From: Candidatus Iainarchaeum sp.
GTDB lineage: Archaea; Iainarchaeota; Iainarchaeia; Iainarchaeales; JAFCCW01
Direction: 5' to 3'
Assembly: GCA_017609985.1 (NCBI GenBank)
Contig: JAFCCW010000005.1
Span: forward strand, 1-62,776
Length of the DNA: 62,776 bases
Shown: positions 10,471-20,115 of the stretch, piece by piece
Position numbering within the stretch: the stretch's first letter is position 1
Layout of the letters: each line of letters opens with the position of its first letter
Notes under the pieces: generated by a model
Databases searched by the model: none
What the model was told of the DNA's origin: nothing
Seen by the model: only the letters and a program-made list of their open reading frames with translations
Translations under genes and position numbers: made by a program

Positions 10471-11853
10471 TTGATGAAAAAATATGGTTCTCTGAAAAGA
10501 TGCTGGGCAGTATTTCTCCTGCTAGCAATAGCCCTAGTGTTAAGCGGTTGCGCAGTGGAAGAAGTAAAAGAACAACAAGGATTAAGTGCTGAAGCAAACC
10601 AGGTTAGCGGACCGCAGGAAACAACTGAGCAAAATGGAACCGCGGACGAAAACGGAACAGATTCAGAAGGGCAAATCACTGCAGAAGAAACAACAACTTT
10701 TGAAGAACAAATAGCAAACTGCAAAGCTAAAGAAAACATTATTGAGAGAGACAGTTGCATCAAGAGTGTTTCGATTTCAGAGCAAAGAGAAAACGGTTGC
10801 CTTGAATTAAATGTCCTTGGAAAAGAAGAATGCTTAAGCGAAATTGCGATTGGAAAGAGCGACGAAGACATCTGCACACTTATTGATCCTGAAAAAGAAA
10901 AATGGAACTGTCTTGAAGAGATTGCTGTTTCAAAAAAAGAATATGAAATTTGTGAAGAAATTGGAGCAGATGAAAATATCATGAGAAAAGATGAATGCCT
11001 GATTGCGGTTGCTGTTTCTGCAGGAGACTACGACATCTGCAAGCAGGTTTCAGTAAATGTCAGAGAAAACAGTTTTATGCGAGACCAGTGTTATGAAAAT
11101 TTTGAAATTGTGGACTCAAATTTAGATTTCTGTGAAAGATACATCAGCCAGACAAAAGAAGCAGACTGCATCAGAAATATTTCTTCAGACAGCAATAGTT
11201 CATCAGAACAGGCCTGTTTCGGATTGAGTGATGAGGAGTTGGATGAATGCATTTACCGCACAGCAACTGAAAACAGCATCTATCTAGACTGTTATTTGCT
11301 GAAAGATGATACAAATGTTCAAAATTGCATTGACTATATTGCAGAAAATTCCCCAGACATTAATGTGTGCAGTGTGGCAAGCAGGGGACTTATTCAACGA
11401 GAATGTTACAAAGAAGTTGGAATCGAAGATAACAATGCAGAGATTTGCGAAATTATCGCAACATCTGATGAAAGAGACGACTGTTTTTACAATATTGCAA
11501 TTGACTTGAACGACTCTTCTTTGTGCAAGAAAATATTTGAAACAAAATTTTTGAAAAAAGATGAATGCTTTGAAACAATAGCTCTTGAAAAAAAAGATGT
11601 GACTGTTTGCGAAGAACTATATTTTGAAGAAAACTATTTGAACTGCTATGTGGAAATTGCAAAGCTTGTGGAAGAAAGCAATATCTGCAGTCTGATGCAG
11701 TTAGGCCATTTTAGACAGTACAGCATTTATACTCCTGAAAGTCTTTGCTACAAAGAATACGCAATCGAAACAAATAATACAGATGTTTGTATTCAGATAA
11801 ACAACACGGAATTGAAGCAAGAATGCAATGACTTGAATGCAGTGTTTCACTGA
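10471..11853 (+). CDS. Cys-rich repeat lipoprotein
   Basis: Lipobox-like LSGC and repeated ~25-28 aa units (D.C...IA......IC..I). Confidence 0.8.
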   Translation: MMKKYGSLKRCWAVFLLLAIALVLSGCAVEEVKEQQGLSAEANQVSGPQETTEQNGTADENGTDSEGQITAEETTTFEEQIANCKAKENIIERDSCIKSVSISEQRENGCLELNVLGKEECLSEIAIGKSDEDICTLIDPEKEKWNCLEEIAVSKKEYEICEEIGADENIMRKDECLIAVAVSAGDYDICKQVSVNVRENSFMRDQCYENFEIVDSNLDFCERYISQTKEADCIRNISSDSNSSSEQACFGLSDEELDECIYRTATENSIYLDCYLLKDDTNVQNCIDYIAENSPDINVCSVASRGLIQRECYKEVGIEDNNAEICEIIATSDERDDCFYNIAIDLNDSSLCKKIFETKFLKKDECFETIALEKKDVTVCEELYFEENYLNCYVEIAKLVEESNICSLMQLGHFRQYSIYTPESLCYKEYAIETNNTDVCIQINNTELKQECNDLNAVFH

Positions 11854-12380
11854 GTAAGAGTAATCTGTGTTTCAGACAAAGCAATAGTTTTTCCATTGAC
11901 TTCTAATTCCGCAGTAATAGAGTACTGCCCTGCATGAACTCCGCCGCAACCAGAAGTACAATAAGGAGTTTTTTCTGAAAAAAGAAAACTATTGTCTCCC
12001 TGAACAAGAGAGAATGATTCTTCACTTGAAATTCGGTGCATTCCCCCAGCATAAATTCCCCTGACCTTAACAGTTGCTTCAGGAATTTCAGAGGAAGAGC
12101 TAACACCAACAGAAATCATGATATTTTCGCTGGAGCCATAAGAGCTCTTATCAGTTGAAACATAAATTTCAGCTTGCAAGGCATTGTCTTCTTGTCCGGA
12201 AACAAGAGGAGAAGAGTCAAAGTCAGAAGAGTCAGATAAAGAAGAACCTGAAGACAGATTATCCAAAGTTTGTTCCTTAGAAGAGCCAAGGGAATCAAAA
12301 GAGCCAGGACTTTCAGAAACACACCCTGCAAAAAGCAGAAGAAAAACTAATGCAAAAACTGGAAAAATAAAAAATCGCAT
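11847..12380 (-). CDS. Putative lipoprotein with Ig-like domain
   Basis: FAGC lipobox, Ser-rich linker, VSTDKSSY Ig-type start. Confidence 0.7.
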   Translation of the reverse strand: MRFFIFPVFALVFLLLFAGCVSESPGSFDSLGSSKEQTLDNLSSGSSLSDSSDFDSSPLVSGQEDNALQAEIYVSTDKSSYGSSENIMISVGVSSSSEIPEATVKVRGIYAGGMHRISSEESFSLVQGDNSFLFSEKTPYCTSGCGGVHAGQYSITAELEVNGKTIALSETQITLTQ

Positions 12381-12489
12381 GAAAGATAAAACAAGTAACT
12401 GAAATAAAAAGCTAACTGTGAAGAGAAACTGGAAAAATCAAGAAACTAATCAGAAAACAAAAAAAAAAGAACAGGAAACAAAGAAAACC

Positions 12490-12530
12490 TTTAAATAATA
12501 ATCGTTATTAAATAGTAATGATAATCAATG
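12490..12530 (+). promoter_or_regulatory. TATA box overlapped by Fur/Per-box-like sites
   Basis: TTTAAATA followed by AATAATAATCGTTATTA and GTAATGATAATCAAT, resembling the GATAATGATAATCATTATC consensus, just before the fur/perR ATG. Confidence 0.6.
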
Positions 12531-12920
12531 GTTTGTGAAAGAAATACTATTCAAAAAGAAAAAATTTTTAAATACTTGTCCAGCGTGGAAACACACCCTA
12601 CCGCAGAAACAGTGTTCAATGAAGTAAGAAAGGAAATTCCGTCAATTACGCTTGCCACAGTATACAGAAATTTGAATAAGCTTGCTGAGCAAGGCTGTGT
12701 GCACAGGCTGGAATTAAACGGAGAATACCATTTTGACGGAAGGCAGGGAATGCACCAGCACGGAGTTTGCAGAAAATGCGGAAAAATAATTGATTTCATT
12801 GATAGCGAAATTTCAAAAAATGCACTTAAAAAAATTAATAGTGCTGACTTTGAAGCAGAAGATGTTACAATTATCTATAGCGGAGTTTGCAAAGAATGTA
12901 AATACACAGGGAGGAATTAA
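12528..12920 (+). CDS. Fur/PerR family transcriptional repressor
   Basis: HPTAE, LATVYRNL, HQH..CRKCG, GVCKEC. Confidence 0.92.
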   Translation: MVCERNTIQKEKIFKYLSSVETHPTAETVFNEVRKEIPSITLATVYRNLNKLAEQGCVHRLELNGEYHFDGRQGMHQHGVCRKCGKIIDFIDSEISKNALKKINSADFEAEDVTIIYSGVCKECKYTGRN

Positions 12921-12922
12921 AA

Positions 12923-13507
12923 ATGAAGAAAACAATGGAAAATTTAGCAAAAGCATTTATTGGAGAAAGTCAGGCAAGAAACAGGTACACAATGTATGCA
13001 AAGACAGCTCAAAAAGAGGGCTTTGAGCAGATTGCAGAGTTGTTTCTCTTGACTGCTGATAATGAAAGAGAACATGCAAAATGGAACTATAGAATGCTCA
13101 CTGAAGTCAACCAGAAAAGCGGAGAAAATATGCCGGAAATAAAGGTTGAAGCAGAAGCCCACATAGGAATCGGAACAACTGCAGAAAACCTGAAAGCAGC
13201 AATCGCAGGAGAAAGTTATGAGACAGAAACAATGTATCCTGAATTTGCAAAGCAGGCAGAAGAAGACGGATTGTCAGACATAGCAGAAAGATTGAAAGCA
13301 ATAGGTGAAGCAGAAGACCACCACAGAGAAAGATATGAAAAACTGCTCAAAGAAGTTGAAGCAGGAAGCGTATTCAAAAAAGAAGAAAAAAAAGAATGGA
13401 TTTGCAGAAAGTGCGGATACAATCACGGCGGAAAAGAACCACCAGAAAAATGTCCTTCCTGCTCTCATCCACCAAACTACTTTGAATTGAAATGTGAAGA
13501 ATACTAG
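12923..13507 (+). CDS. rbr: Rubrerythrin
   Basis: AFIGESQARNRY, EREHA, EDHH, C-terminal CRKCG...CPSC rubredoxin domain. Confidence 0.95.
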   Translation: MKKTMENLAKAFIGESQARNRYTMYAKTAQKEGFEQIAELFLLTADNEREHAKWNYRMLTEVNQKSGENMPEIKVEAEAHIGIGTTAENLKAAIAGESYETETMYPEFAKQAEEDGLSDIAERLKAIGEAEDHHRERYEKLLKEVEAGSVFKKEEKKEWICRKCGYNHGGKEPPEKCPSCSHPPNYFELKCEEY

Positions 13508-13520
13508 GTGATAAAATGGT

Positions 13521-13805
13521 TCAGTTAATGATTTGCAGAATATTGAAATTACTTAAAGCAAAAACAGAGATTGGCAAAAAAAGCAATACAATGTAAAAGA
13601 GATTGAATTTTGCAATAGGAACAAAGTAAACAATCAAGGCAACCATTAGCAAAACAATAGCTGAAGACAACGCCTTGTGCGGAAGAAAGAGAGCAAAATT
13701 GGCAAGAGACAGAAAAACAATAAGACTGCAAATTCCAACAAGAATAAGAATGGAAACTGCGGAAAAAGAAACATAACTATTCTCTTCGTTTATTATGCTC
13801 TGCAA
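13521..13805 (-). CDS. Small membrane protein or gene fragment
   Basis: 94-aa very hydrophobic ORF downstream of the DUF2207 remnant. Confidence 0.4.
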   Translation of the reverse strand: MQSIINEENSYVSFSAVSILILVGICSLIVFLSLANFALFLPHKALSSAIVLLMVALIVYFVPIAKFNLFYIVLLFLPISVFALSNFNILQIIN

Positions 13806-14358
13806 GCCAGCACCGGATTTTTGAAGAGCATATTTTTCAGATGACAGGAGAGAAGAAGGAAAAGCTGTTCTGATTTCAACAAAGCTTTCGGCTGTTTTGG
13901 GTCTTCAACTTCCTTTGGCAACTCAATCCAACCATAAACCTCTTGTGCTCTCACACCCCAGCCCTCACCCCAAACCTTCCAATAGAGTTCTGGAACATCG
14001 TCATGGGAAGTCACGGCATTTTCAAGACGATATGAAATCTTGAAACTTCTTTTTTCATTTAAAGCAGAATAATTCCAGCGAATTCGCGTGCCGCCATTGT
14101 GAGGAAAAGCAGTAAATGGAACAGGCAAATTATTTTCAGTAACAGAAACATTGCTTAGATTCCATTGCCCTTCAGGAATATCACGGCAAGCATAAGAAAA
14201 AGAACCAGAAAAATTGAATGAAATGTTTTCTTCAGCTTCAATGCTGGCATCAGGATTTATTTTCATAAAAATTTCTGCCTCGGGAATGTAATAACTTTTT
14301 GCAAAACCAAGGGAGAGAAAAAGAATAATTACAAGAGCGAGGAGAAATTTCCTGTTCA
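13793..14358 (-). pseudogene. Truncated DUF2207-like secreted/membrane protein
   Basis: KSYYIPEAEIFMKINPDAS...ELYWKVWG resembles the DUF2207 N-terminus. The frame extends upstream through a signal peptide (LNRKFLLALV...) with CTG instead of ATG, and it stops early. Confidence 0.55.
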
Positions 14359-14441
14359 GGCAGATAATAGATTCAAACTGATATTAAATTATTATCATTC
14401 TGGTAACTGAAAATAAGAGTGTGAAAAAAAAGAAAAAGAAA

Positions 14442-14457
14442 AGGCGCTCGAGCGCCT
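14442..14457 (-). terminator. GC palindrome plus T-tract after SIMPL gene
   Basis: AGGCGCTCGAGCGCCT followed on the minus strand by a long T-rich run. Confidence 0.55.
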
Positions 14458-14464
14458 AGTGAAT

Positions 14465-15337
14465 TTACTGAATCTCAAACTGCACGCTGACTGTGGCAGA
14501 AAATTCAATGTCTCCAGGAGTTATTGGGGTTGGCGCCTGACTCATGCCCGCTTCTGAAACAGAATCCATTGCATAAGATCTTGCGTAATACGGTGTTGAA
14601 TAGTTTGAGCTTTCACTCGCACTATACACTTGTCCAACCGCGACTCCGAGACCGGAAGAAATGCTGTTTGCTTTTTCACGAGCGTTTTCTGCAGCTTCCT
14701 TCAATGCAAGTGTTTTTAGATCTGATTGGGCCTGCTTTGTTAACGCAAAGCTTACACTGCCAACCCTGTTTACTCCAGCCTGAACTGAAGCATCAATTAC
14801 AGCCCCAACACTGTCAAGGTTTCTGACTGTTACCTTGATTGTGTTGGTTGTCCTGTAGCCAATTGACTCAGACTTTCGCAAGACATCATTCCACTGAAAA
14901 TCCTCTCTTACTGTGTAAGAACTTGTTTCAATGTCTTCTGAAGCAACTCCAGCAGACTCTAGCGCATCCATTACCTTGCTTGCGAGAACAGCATTGTCTG
15001 CTTGACTCTTGCTTGCGCTCTTGTCAAGAGTTTCAATGCTTAGGGTTATGTAAGCAAGCTCTGGACTGGCAGTTTTTGTCACAGTCCCTGAAACAGAAAT
15101 CAATCTGAGCCTGTCTTCTGACTCGTCTTCAGCAAAGCTTAGAATTCCATCCTCATAACTTGGAATAGAACCCTCGGTTACATTACTTGAAGACTTTTCA
15201 AGATAACCTGGCAGGTCCACAAGCACTTGTTCTTGTCCAGTAACATCCTGCCCTGCTGAAAATAAAACAAAGCCGGATAAAACAATCAATGCAGCAGCAA
15301 TGATTGACGCTGGTAAAATTAAATTATTTTTATCCAT
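14465..15337 (-). CDS. SIMPL (DUF541) domain protein
   Basis: ISVSG...PELAYI, AGVNRV..VSF, ITPGDIEFSATVSVQFEI. Confidence 0.9.
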   Translation of the reverse strand: MDKNNLILPASIIAAALIVLSGFVLFSAGQDVTGQEQVLVDLPGYLEKSSSNVTEGSIPSYEDGILSFAEDESEDRLRLISVSGTVTKTASPELAYITLSIETLDKSASKSQADNAVLASKVMDALESAGVASEDIETSSYTVREDFQWNDVLRKSESIGYRTTNTIKVTVRNLDSVGAVIDASVQAGVNRVGSVSFALTKQAQSDLKTLALKEAAENAREKANSISSGLGVAVGQVYSASESSNYSTPYYARSYAMDSVSEAGMSQAPTPITPGDIEFSATVSVQFEIQ

Positions 15338-15437
15338 AATATTCTCACCTCTTGAAAAAAGAAATGCAATAACTTTCTTAATAATTCTTCGTTTTTATTA
15401 GGAAAAAGCCTACAAAAATATCCTTTAACAAGACAAT

Positions 15438-15484
15438 TTTAAGCATTATCTCCCATACCAGCCTATAGGCAATGGTGAAGTTAT
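15438..15484 (+). repeat. Copy 1 of C/D sRNA promoter/5'-end module
   Basis: TTTAAGCATTATCTCCCATA-CCAGCC-TATAGGCAATGGTGAAGTTA; AAGC-to-GGC spacing 27 nt. Confidence 0.75.
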
Positions 15485-15672
15485 TGTCGGAGAAAGCGTA
15501 GGCAACGACACTAATTTTTGGAAAAATAAGGGAAATGGAAACTTGAAGTGAAATTATACGAACTAATTGCCAAAAGAAGGTAAAGCACATTAAGGTAATT
15601 AGGTGGCAAAATTGACACAAAAGGAGTCTGTCCGAGAATTGGGACAGCGTCCGAAAAGTCGGACAAGGCAAG

Positions 15673-15765
15673 TAGGCTGACAATCTTATTGCTTTTTGTT
15701 AGCCTAAAAGCCAAAAACAAGCAAAATTTTAGGCTAACTATTTAAAATAACTTTGTTAGCCTAAA
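15673..15765. promoter_or_regulatory. Four-half-site operator array upstream of Fic gene 1
   Basis: TAGGCTGAC(15673)/GTTAGCCTA(15698)/TAGGCTAAC(15730)/GTTAGCCTA(15755) flanking TTTAAAA. Confidence 0.7.
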
Positions 15766-15771
15766 TATTAT

Positions 15772-16710
15772 ATGCAATTACGTACAAAGAAAGTGCACGG
15801 GAAAAAGTACTATTACCTTGACCTTAGTTACAGGATTTTATCCAAATTAAAAACCTTCAGCAAATACATTGGAGCAAAAAAGCCTTCGAAAAGAGAACTC
15901 AACAGGATTGAAGAAGAATTCAAAGTAGAGACCATTATAAAACTTGCAGGAAAAGAATACACAAACGATCTAATTTCCCAGGATGATTTGATAAAAGCAC
16001 TTCTTTTCAAGGAAGCGTTTAACAAAAAATTTGCATCCCTTTCAAAAGTGCAAAAGAGAAAATATGAGGTTGACAGCACAATTCTTTTTACTCTAACAAC
16101 GCTCACAACAGAGGACGTTGACGTAAGCTTGGATGACGTAGTAAATGCGTTTGAAAAAGACCGACAGTTGAGCATGCGAGAGCAAATAAGTAAAAACATG
16201 CTTAAGGCAGTTGAATCAATAAAAGAAAAACACAAATTGAATAAGCAATACTTGCTGGAATTGCATAAAACGATAATGTCAAGCTTTGAGGATAAAACAC
16301 CAGGCCAGACAAGAAGCAGGCAGGTTTATCTTCATAGGCAAGACCCAAAAAACCCCTTAGGAATTGAAATCGGCTACAGGCCACCACAGCATGGCAAAAT
16401 AGATACGCTACTTGATGATTTCGTTGAATGGTACAATTCAACAAAACTAAACCCCGTAGAAAAGGCGGCGATTGCCCATTACAAAATATACAAAATCCAC
16501 CCTTTTCTTGACGGCAACAAAAGAATTTGCAGGCTGATATTCAACAAAACCCTGTTGGATGAAGGATTTCCCCTGCTTAACATTTCACTGAAGAAAGAGC
16601 CGTACTTCCAAACCTTGATTGATTCTGTTGAAAAAGACACGCCAAAGAAGCTTGCGGAATTTACGCTCAAAGAATTCCTAAGGCAAACAAAAGCATTCCT
16701 GAAACAATAA
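15772..16710 (+). CDS. Fic domain protein
   Basis: HPFLDGNKRICR motif; N-terminal KKVHGKKYYYL. Confidence 0.92.
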   Translation: MQLRTKKVHGKKYYYLDLSYRILSKLKTFSKYIGAKKPSKRELNRIEEEFKVETIIKLAGKEYTNDLISQDDLIKALLFKEAFNKKFASLSKVQKRKYEVDSTILFTLTTLTTEDVDVSLDDVVNAFEKDRQLSMREQISKNMLKAVESIKEKHKLNKQYLLELHKTIMSSFEDKTPGQTRSRQVYLHRQDPKNPLGIEIGYRPPQHGKIDTLLDDFVEWYNSTKLNPVEKAAIAHYKIYKIHPFLDGNKRICRLIFNKTLLDEGFPLLNISLKKEPYFQTLIDSVEKDTPKKLAEFTLKEFLRQTKAFLKQ

Positions 16711-16713
16711 ACA

Positions 16714-16762
16714 TTTAAGCAACCATCGCCATACGATACAATAGGCGATGATGAGGTGAAAA
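16714..16762 (+). repeat. Copy 2 of C/D sRNA promoter/5'-end module
   Basis: TTTAAGCAACCATCGCCATA-CGATAC-AATAGGCGATGATGAGGTGAA, starting just after the Fic stop; spacing 27 nt. Confidence 0.7.
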
Positions 16763-16856
16763 CTGGGTTTGTCGGATGATGATGACAAAGCAAAAATTCG
16801 TGGAACTCTAAACAAATGATTGGATTGTGGCTGAAGGAAAGAAAAAGGTAAAAATC

Positions 16857-17957
16857 ATGAAAAATGAATTAAACAAGTTTTTTATTGTATTAACCATTTT
16901 TGTTATAATTTCTTTTTGTTTATTGAATGGTTGTTTGCAAGAAGCTTCAAAAGAAAAACCATTAATCGAATCTGAAAACAGTTTGAATAAAGAGGTTCCA
17001 GCCAAAGATTTAACCAATGAAGCAAACCAGCAAAAAGAACCAGAAGAAATTAAAGAAGAAGACATTGATTGCACAGATTTCGATGGCAACAAAGAAGAAT
17101 GCTTATTGCACCAAGGCTGTAAATGGAGTTCGGATAGAAACGAATGCGATTCAACCAGCCTAATGAAAGACGAGGATGAACAATTTGAAGAAGATGAAGA
17201 AGGGTTCATGCAAGAGTTAGAAGAGATTATTGTTCCCCAAAACCCATCCAATGAAATATGCAAAAAACTACCCTTGTTAAAGTCCTTAAGTTATGGCAAC
17301 AGGTATTACTGCCTGGCCATAGTAAACCACAATGCCGAATTTTGCAGGGGAATGGACGAAGAAAACGAGGAGAATATTTGTTTAGCAATAGTTAAGAAAG
17401 ACTCATCACACTGCAAAAAAATAAAGGATGTTTCTGCAAAACATGTTTGCTATTACCAACTTGCAGCAATAAGCAAAAACATTAATTTTTGTGACGACAT
17501 TGATTATGATGAAAATGAAAGATTACAGTGCTACTTCAATTTTGTAAGCAATTTATACTGGTTTGACAAATCTGAAGAAATAAAAACAGAATACTGCAAT
17601 AAGTTTCCTGCTGGCGAGTCTGACAAAAGCACTTGTTTAGCCTTCAAAGAAAGAAATGCTTCACTCTGCAAAAACAATGTTAATTGTTTAACTTTTTTTG
17701 AACAAGAAGCACCATTCTGTGAAAACAAAAGAATTATATTAAAAGATTGTGTAAGAGATAGAGCTATGACCAGCAAAGATGTTTCAATTTGTGAAAAACT
17801 CTCTGGAAAAAAAAGAGATGATTGCATTGGTGATTTTTGCACTCATATAGAGTTAGATGTTGCTATTTGTGATAAGATTACAAGCATTAAAGAAAAACAA
17901 TCTCGTTATATAGAACTTGCCATAAACCTTGCTAACAATGTGAGGGAGAGTAACTAA
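16857..17957 (+). CDS. Cys-rich repeat lipoprotein
   Basis: LNGC lipobox-like motif and repeated C...A......C..I units, like 10471-11853. Confidence 0.75.
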   Translation: MKNELNKFFIVLTIFVIISFCLLNGCLQEASKEKPLIESENSLNKEVPAKDLTNEANQQKEPEEIKEEDIDCTDFDGNKEECLLHQGCKWSSDRNECDSTSLMKDEDEQFEEDEEGFMQELEEIIVPQNPSNEICKKLPLLKSLSYGNRYYCLAIVNHNAEFCRGMDEENEENICLAIVKKDSSHCKKIKDVSAKHVCYYQLAAISKNINFCDDIDYDENERLQCYFNFVSNLYWFDKSEEIKTEYCNKFPAGESDKSTCLAFKERNASLCKNNVNCLTFFEQEAPFCENKRIILKDCVRDRAMTSKDVSICEKLSGKKRDDCIGDFCTHIELDVAICDKITSIKEKQSRYIELAINLANNVRESN

Positions 17958-17958
17958 A

Positions 17959-19851
17959 ATGAAAAAAACAATTAGTATCTTAGTTTTAATTTGTTTGATT
18001 GGAATTGTTTTTGCAGAAAACAAATTTTCAACAGAAACCACGCCTCAATTAACTGCAGAGGAAAAAAAAGATGCTCCAGACTTATATGCGGGAGATGTCT
18101 ATCCTGCATGGGGAGTTCCCTGCACAAATTTCACTTATTATGTTACATATAAAGACAAGGAGGGTAGAGCTCCAGAATACGTTAGGATAAATTTGAACGG
18201 AGAATGGCACGACATGGTAAAAAGCAAAGGCGATTACAAAACCGGAGCAACATACACCTATAACATTGTTCCAGATTCTGGTAAAGCACTTTTTTATTAT
18301 TATGAAGCCAGCAACGGAAAAGGAAAAGCAAGAACATCCATAATAGATACTCCTGATTTAGGACCACTGCTTTTATCAGAAAAATTCAACAACAACCAAA
18401 TAATTTTGCTGGACAAGCAAGGAAACCTTGTCTGGAATTATGATATTGGAAGGGATTGGGTTGAAGCAGTGGCAATTTCGCAAGACGGGAACTACATTGC
18501 TGTTGCAACACAAATTTATTTTCACCTCTTTTCAAAAGACAGCAACAAGCCCATATGGTCGTTCTGCAAAAAATGCAAACTGCCGCCAGTGGTTAATGAT
18601 GCTTCAAGAGGAATTGCAATTTCGGCAGATGGAAAATATGTTGCAGGAAGTTTTGACAAACTTTATTTTTTTGAAAGAGACAGTAACACACCTGTTTGGA
18701 TTGCGGATATAGGAGCAGCAGCTGTTGGAATTGACATGTCGGATGATGCTAGTGTGATTGCAGCAGGAACAGGCAACAGCGAAAATAACCGCGGACAAAA
18801 GATTTTATTATTTGACAGAGAAGGAAACAAATTAGGAGAATACAAGCCAAAGCATGAAGGTTATAGCCAAACCGGGGATTTTTACCAACCAGATGTTACT
18901 CCTAACGGCAAATACGTGGCAATTTCCACTGGCTGTCCCGATAGAAGAGCTTATTTGTTTTCAGGAAACGGGCAATTATTATTCAGAAGCAAACAATTAA
19001 CCGAAGATTCACCAGCACACAAGTCAGCAATTTCTGATGATGGCAAATTGATTGCGTACTCATTAGACCACTCAGTAGGAAAAGAAATACTGTTCTTATT
19101 TGACAACAAAGGAAACAAATTATGGAGTTTTTCTTCTCCAACTGACAGTACTGCAAGAGCTGTTTCCATATCCGGCAACGGAAACTATATTGCAATTGGC
19201 ACAACCACGGGCAACATTTACTTTTTTTCAAAAGACAGCAGCGAACCAAAATGGAGCTTTACTGATTATGGCTTCTTTTCCTGTTTTGGAGACATAAAAC
19301 TAAACCAAGATGGAAGCTTATTAGCAGCAGGCGGCACAACAAAAAAAATTTACCTTTTCTCAAAAAACAGCAACAAGCCACTGTGGGAATACAATACAAA
19401 CACTTGGGTAAACAAAATAGATTTCAGCGGTGAATACATTGTAGCAGGAACAGGCCCAAGAGAATACTTTGGCGAAGGAAGCAGCTTAACTGAAGACAAG
19501 ATTGAATGTAAAGAAATAATCCAGCCTCCTCCAATGGAAGAAACTCTTGGAAAATGCGGTGATGGAATATGCATAGAACCACAAGAAAACAAGGAAAACT
19601 GCCCACAAGACTGCACTCCTGCAATAAAACAAGAAGATAACAAAAAAGAATTTGATAACAGTGCTAAAGCTGTTTGCGGAGACGGAATTTGCGAACCCCC
19701 TGAAACCAAAGACTTCTGCTGTGAAGACTGTGGAAACTGCTACGAGGACAAGGAAATAAAAATTGAAAAAAACATTGCAGAAGAAAAAAGTTTTTTTGAA
19801 AAAATACTGGATTTCCTTTTCGCCTTGTTTGACATCTCAGCTAATAACTAA
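17959..19851 (+). CDS. Secreted WD40/PQQ-like beta-propeller protein with Cys-rich C-terminus
   Basis: Signal peptide, repeated VAISxDGxYIA/LW blades, CGDGIC.P.E..C repeats. Confidence 0.85.
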   Translation: MKKTISILVLICLIGIVFAENKFSTETTPQLTAEEKKDAPDLYAGDVYPAWGVPCTNFTYYVTYKDKEGRAPEYVRINLNGEWHDMVKSKGDYKTGATYTYNIVPDSGKALFYYYEASNGKGKARTSIIDTPDLGPLLLSEKFNNNQIILLDKQGNLVWNYDIGRDWVEAVAISQDGNYIAVATQIYFHLFSKDSNKPIWSFCKKCKLPPVVNDASRGIAISADGKYVAGSFDKLYFFERDSNTPVWIADIGAAAVGIDMSDDASVIAAGTGNSENNRGQKILLFDREGNKLGEYKPKHEGYSQTGDFYQPDVTPNGKYVAISTGCPDRRAYLFSGNGQLLFRSKQLTEDSPAHKSAISDDGKLIAYSLDHSVGKEILFLFDNKGNKLWSFSSPTDSTARAVSISGNGNYIAIGTTTGNIYFFSKDSSEPKWSFTDYGFFSCFGDIKLNQDGSLLAAGGTTKKIYLFSKNSNKPLWEYNTNTWVNKIDFSGEYIVAGTGPREYFGEGSSLTEDKIECKEIIQPPPMEETLGKCGDGICIEPQENKENCPQDCTPAIKQEDNKKEFDNSAKAVCGDGICEPPETKDFCCEDCGNCYEDKEIKIEKNIAEEKSFFEKILDFLFALFDISANN

Positions 19852-19876
19852 AAAAAGCAATAAAGAAACAGAAAAT

Positions 19877-20022
19877 ATGTCAAGCAGAGAGAAGGAGTAA
19901 CAACTATTCAACTTGAAAAGAAAACAAGAGACAGGTTGATAGATTTGGAAAAGAATGGCGAAAGCTATGATAAAATAATTAATAACCTGGTTGATTTTTG
20001 GAAGAAGAGAAAAAAGAGATAG
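19877..20022 (+). pseudogene. Small RHH/antitoxin-like DNA-binding gene with frameshift
   Basis: VTTIQLEKKTRDRLIDLEKNGESYDKIINNLV is out of frame with ATG 19877 by one extra GA in AGAGAGAA. Confidence 0.6.
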
Positions 20023-20111
20023 TTATCACTGGTTCTATGCACAATGTTGTTTTTTGTGATAACAACGAGTTATCACTGAGTTAAGTTTAAATACTGTTTT
20101 CAGTGATAACT
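20022..20111. promoter_or_regulatory. Four-half-site operator array upstream of Fic gene 2
   Basis: GTTATCAC(20022)/GTGATAAC(20056)/GTTATCAC(20069)/GTGATAAC(20103); a 12-bp perfect inverted repeat flanks TTTAAATA. Confidence 0.75.
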
Positions 20112-20115
20112 AAGT

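Noticed and set aside
15378-15720. Minus-strand ORFs of 101 and 69 aa
   Set aside because: No protein motifs, and they overlap the repeat module and operator arrays.
16744-16810. Second complete C/D sRNA
   Set aside because: It has ATGATGA twice but no CTGA/CCGA boxes at the proper spacing and no terminal stem.
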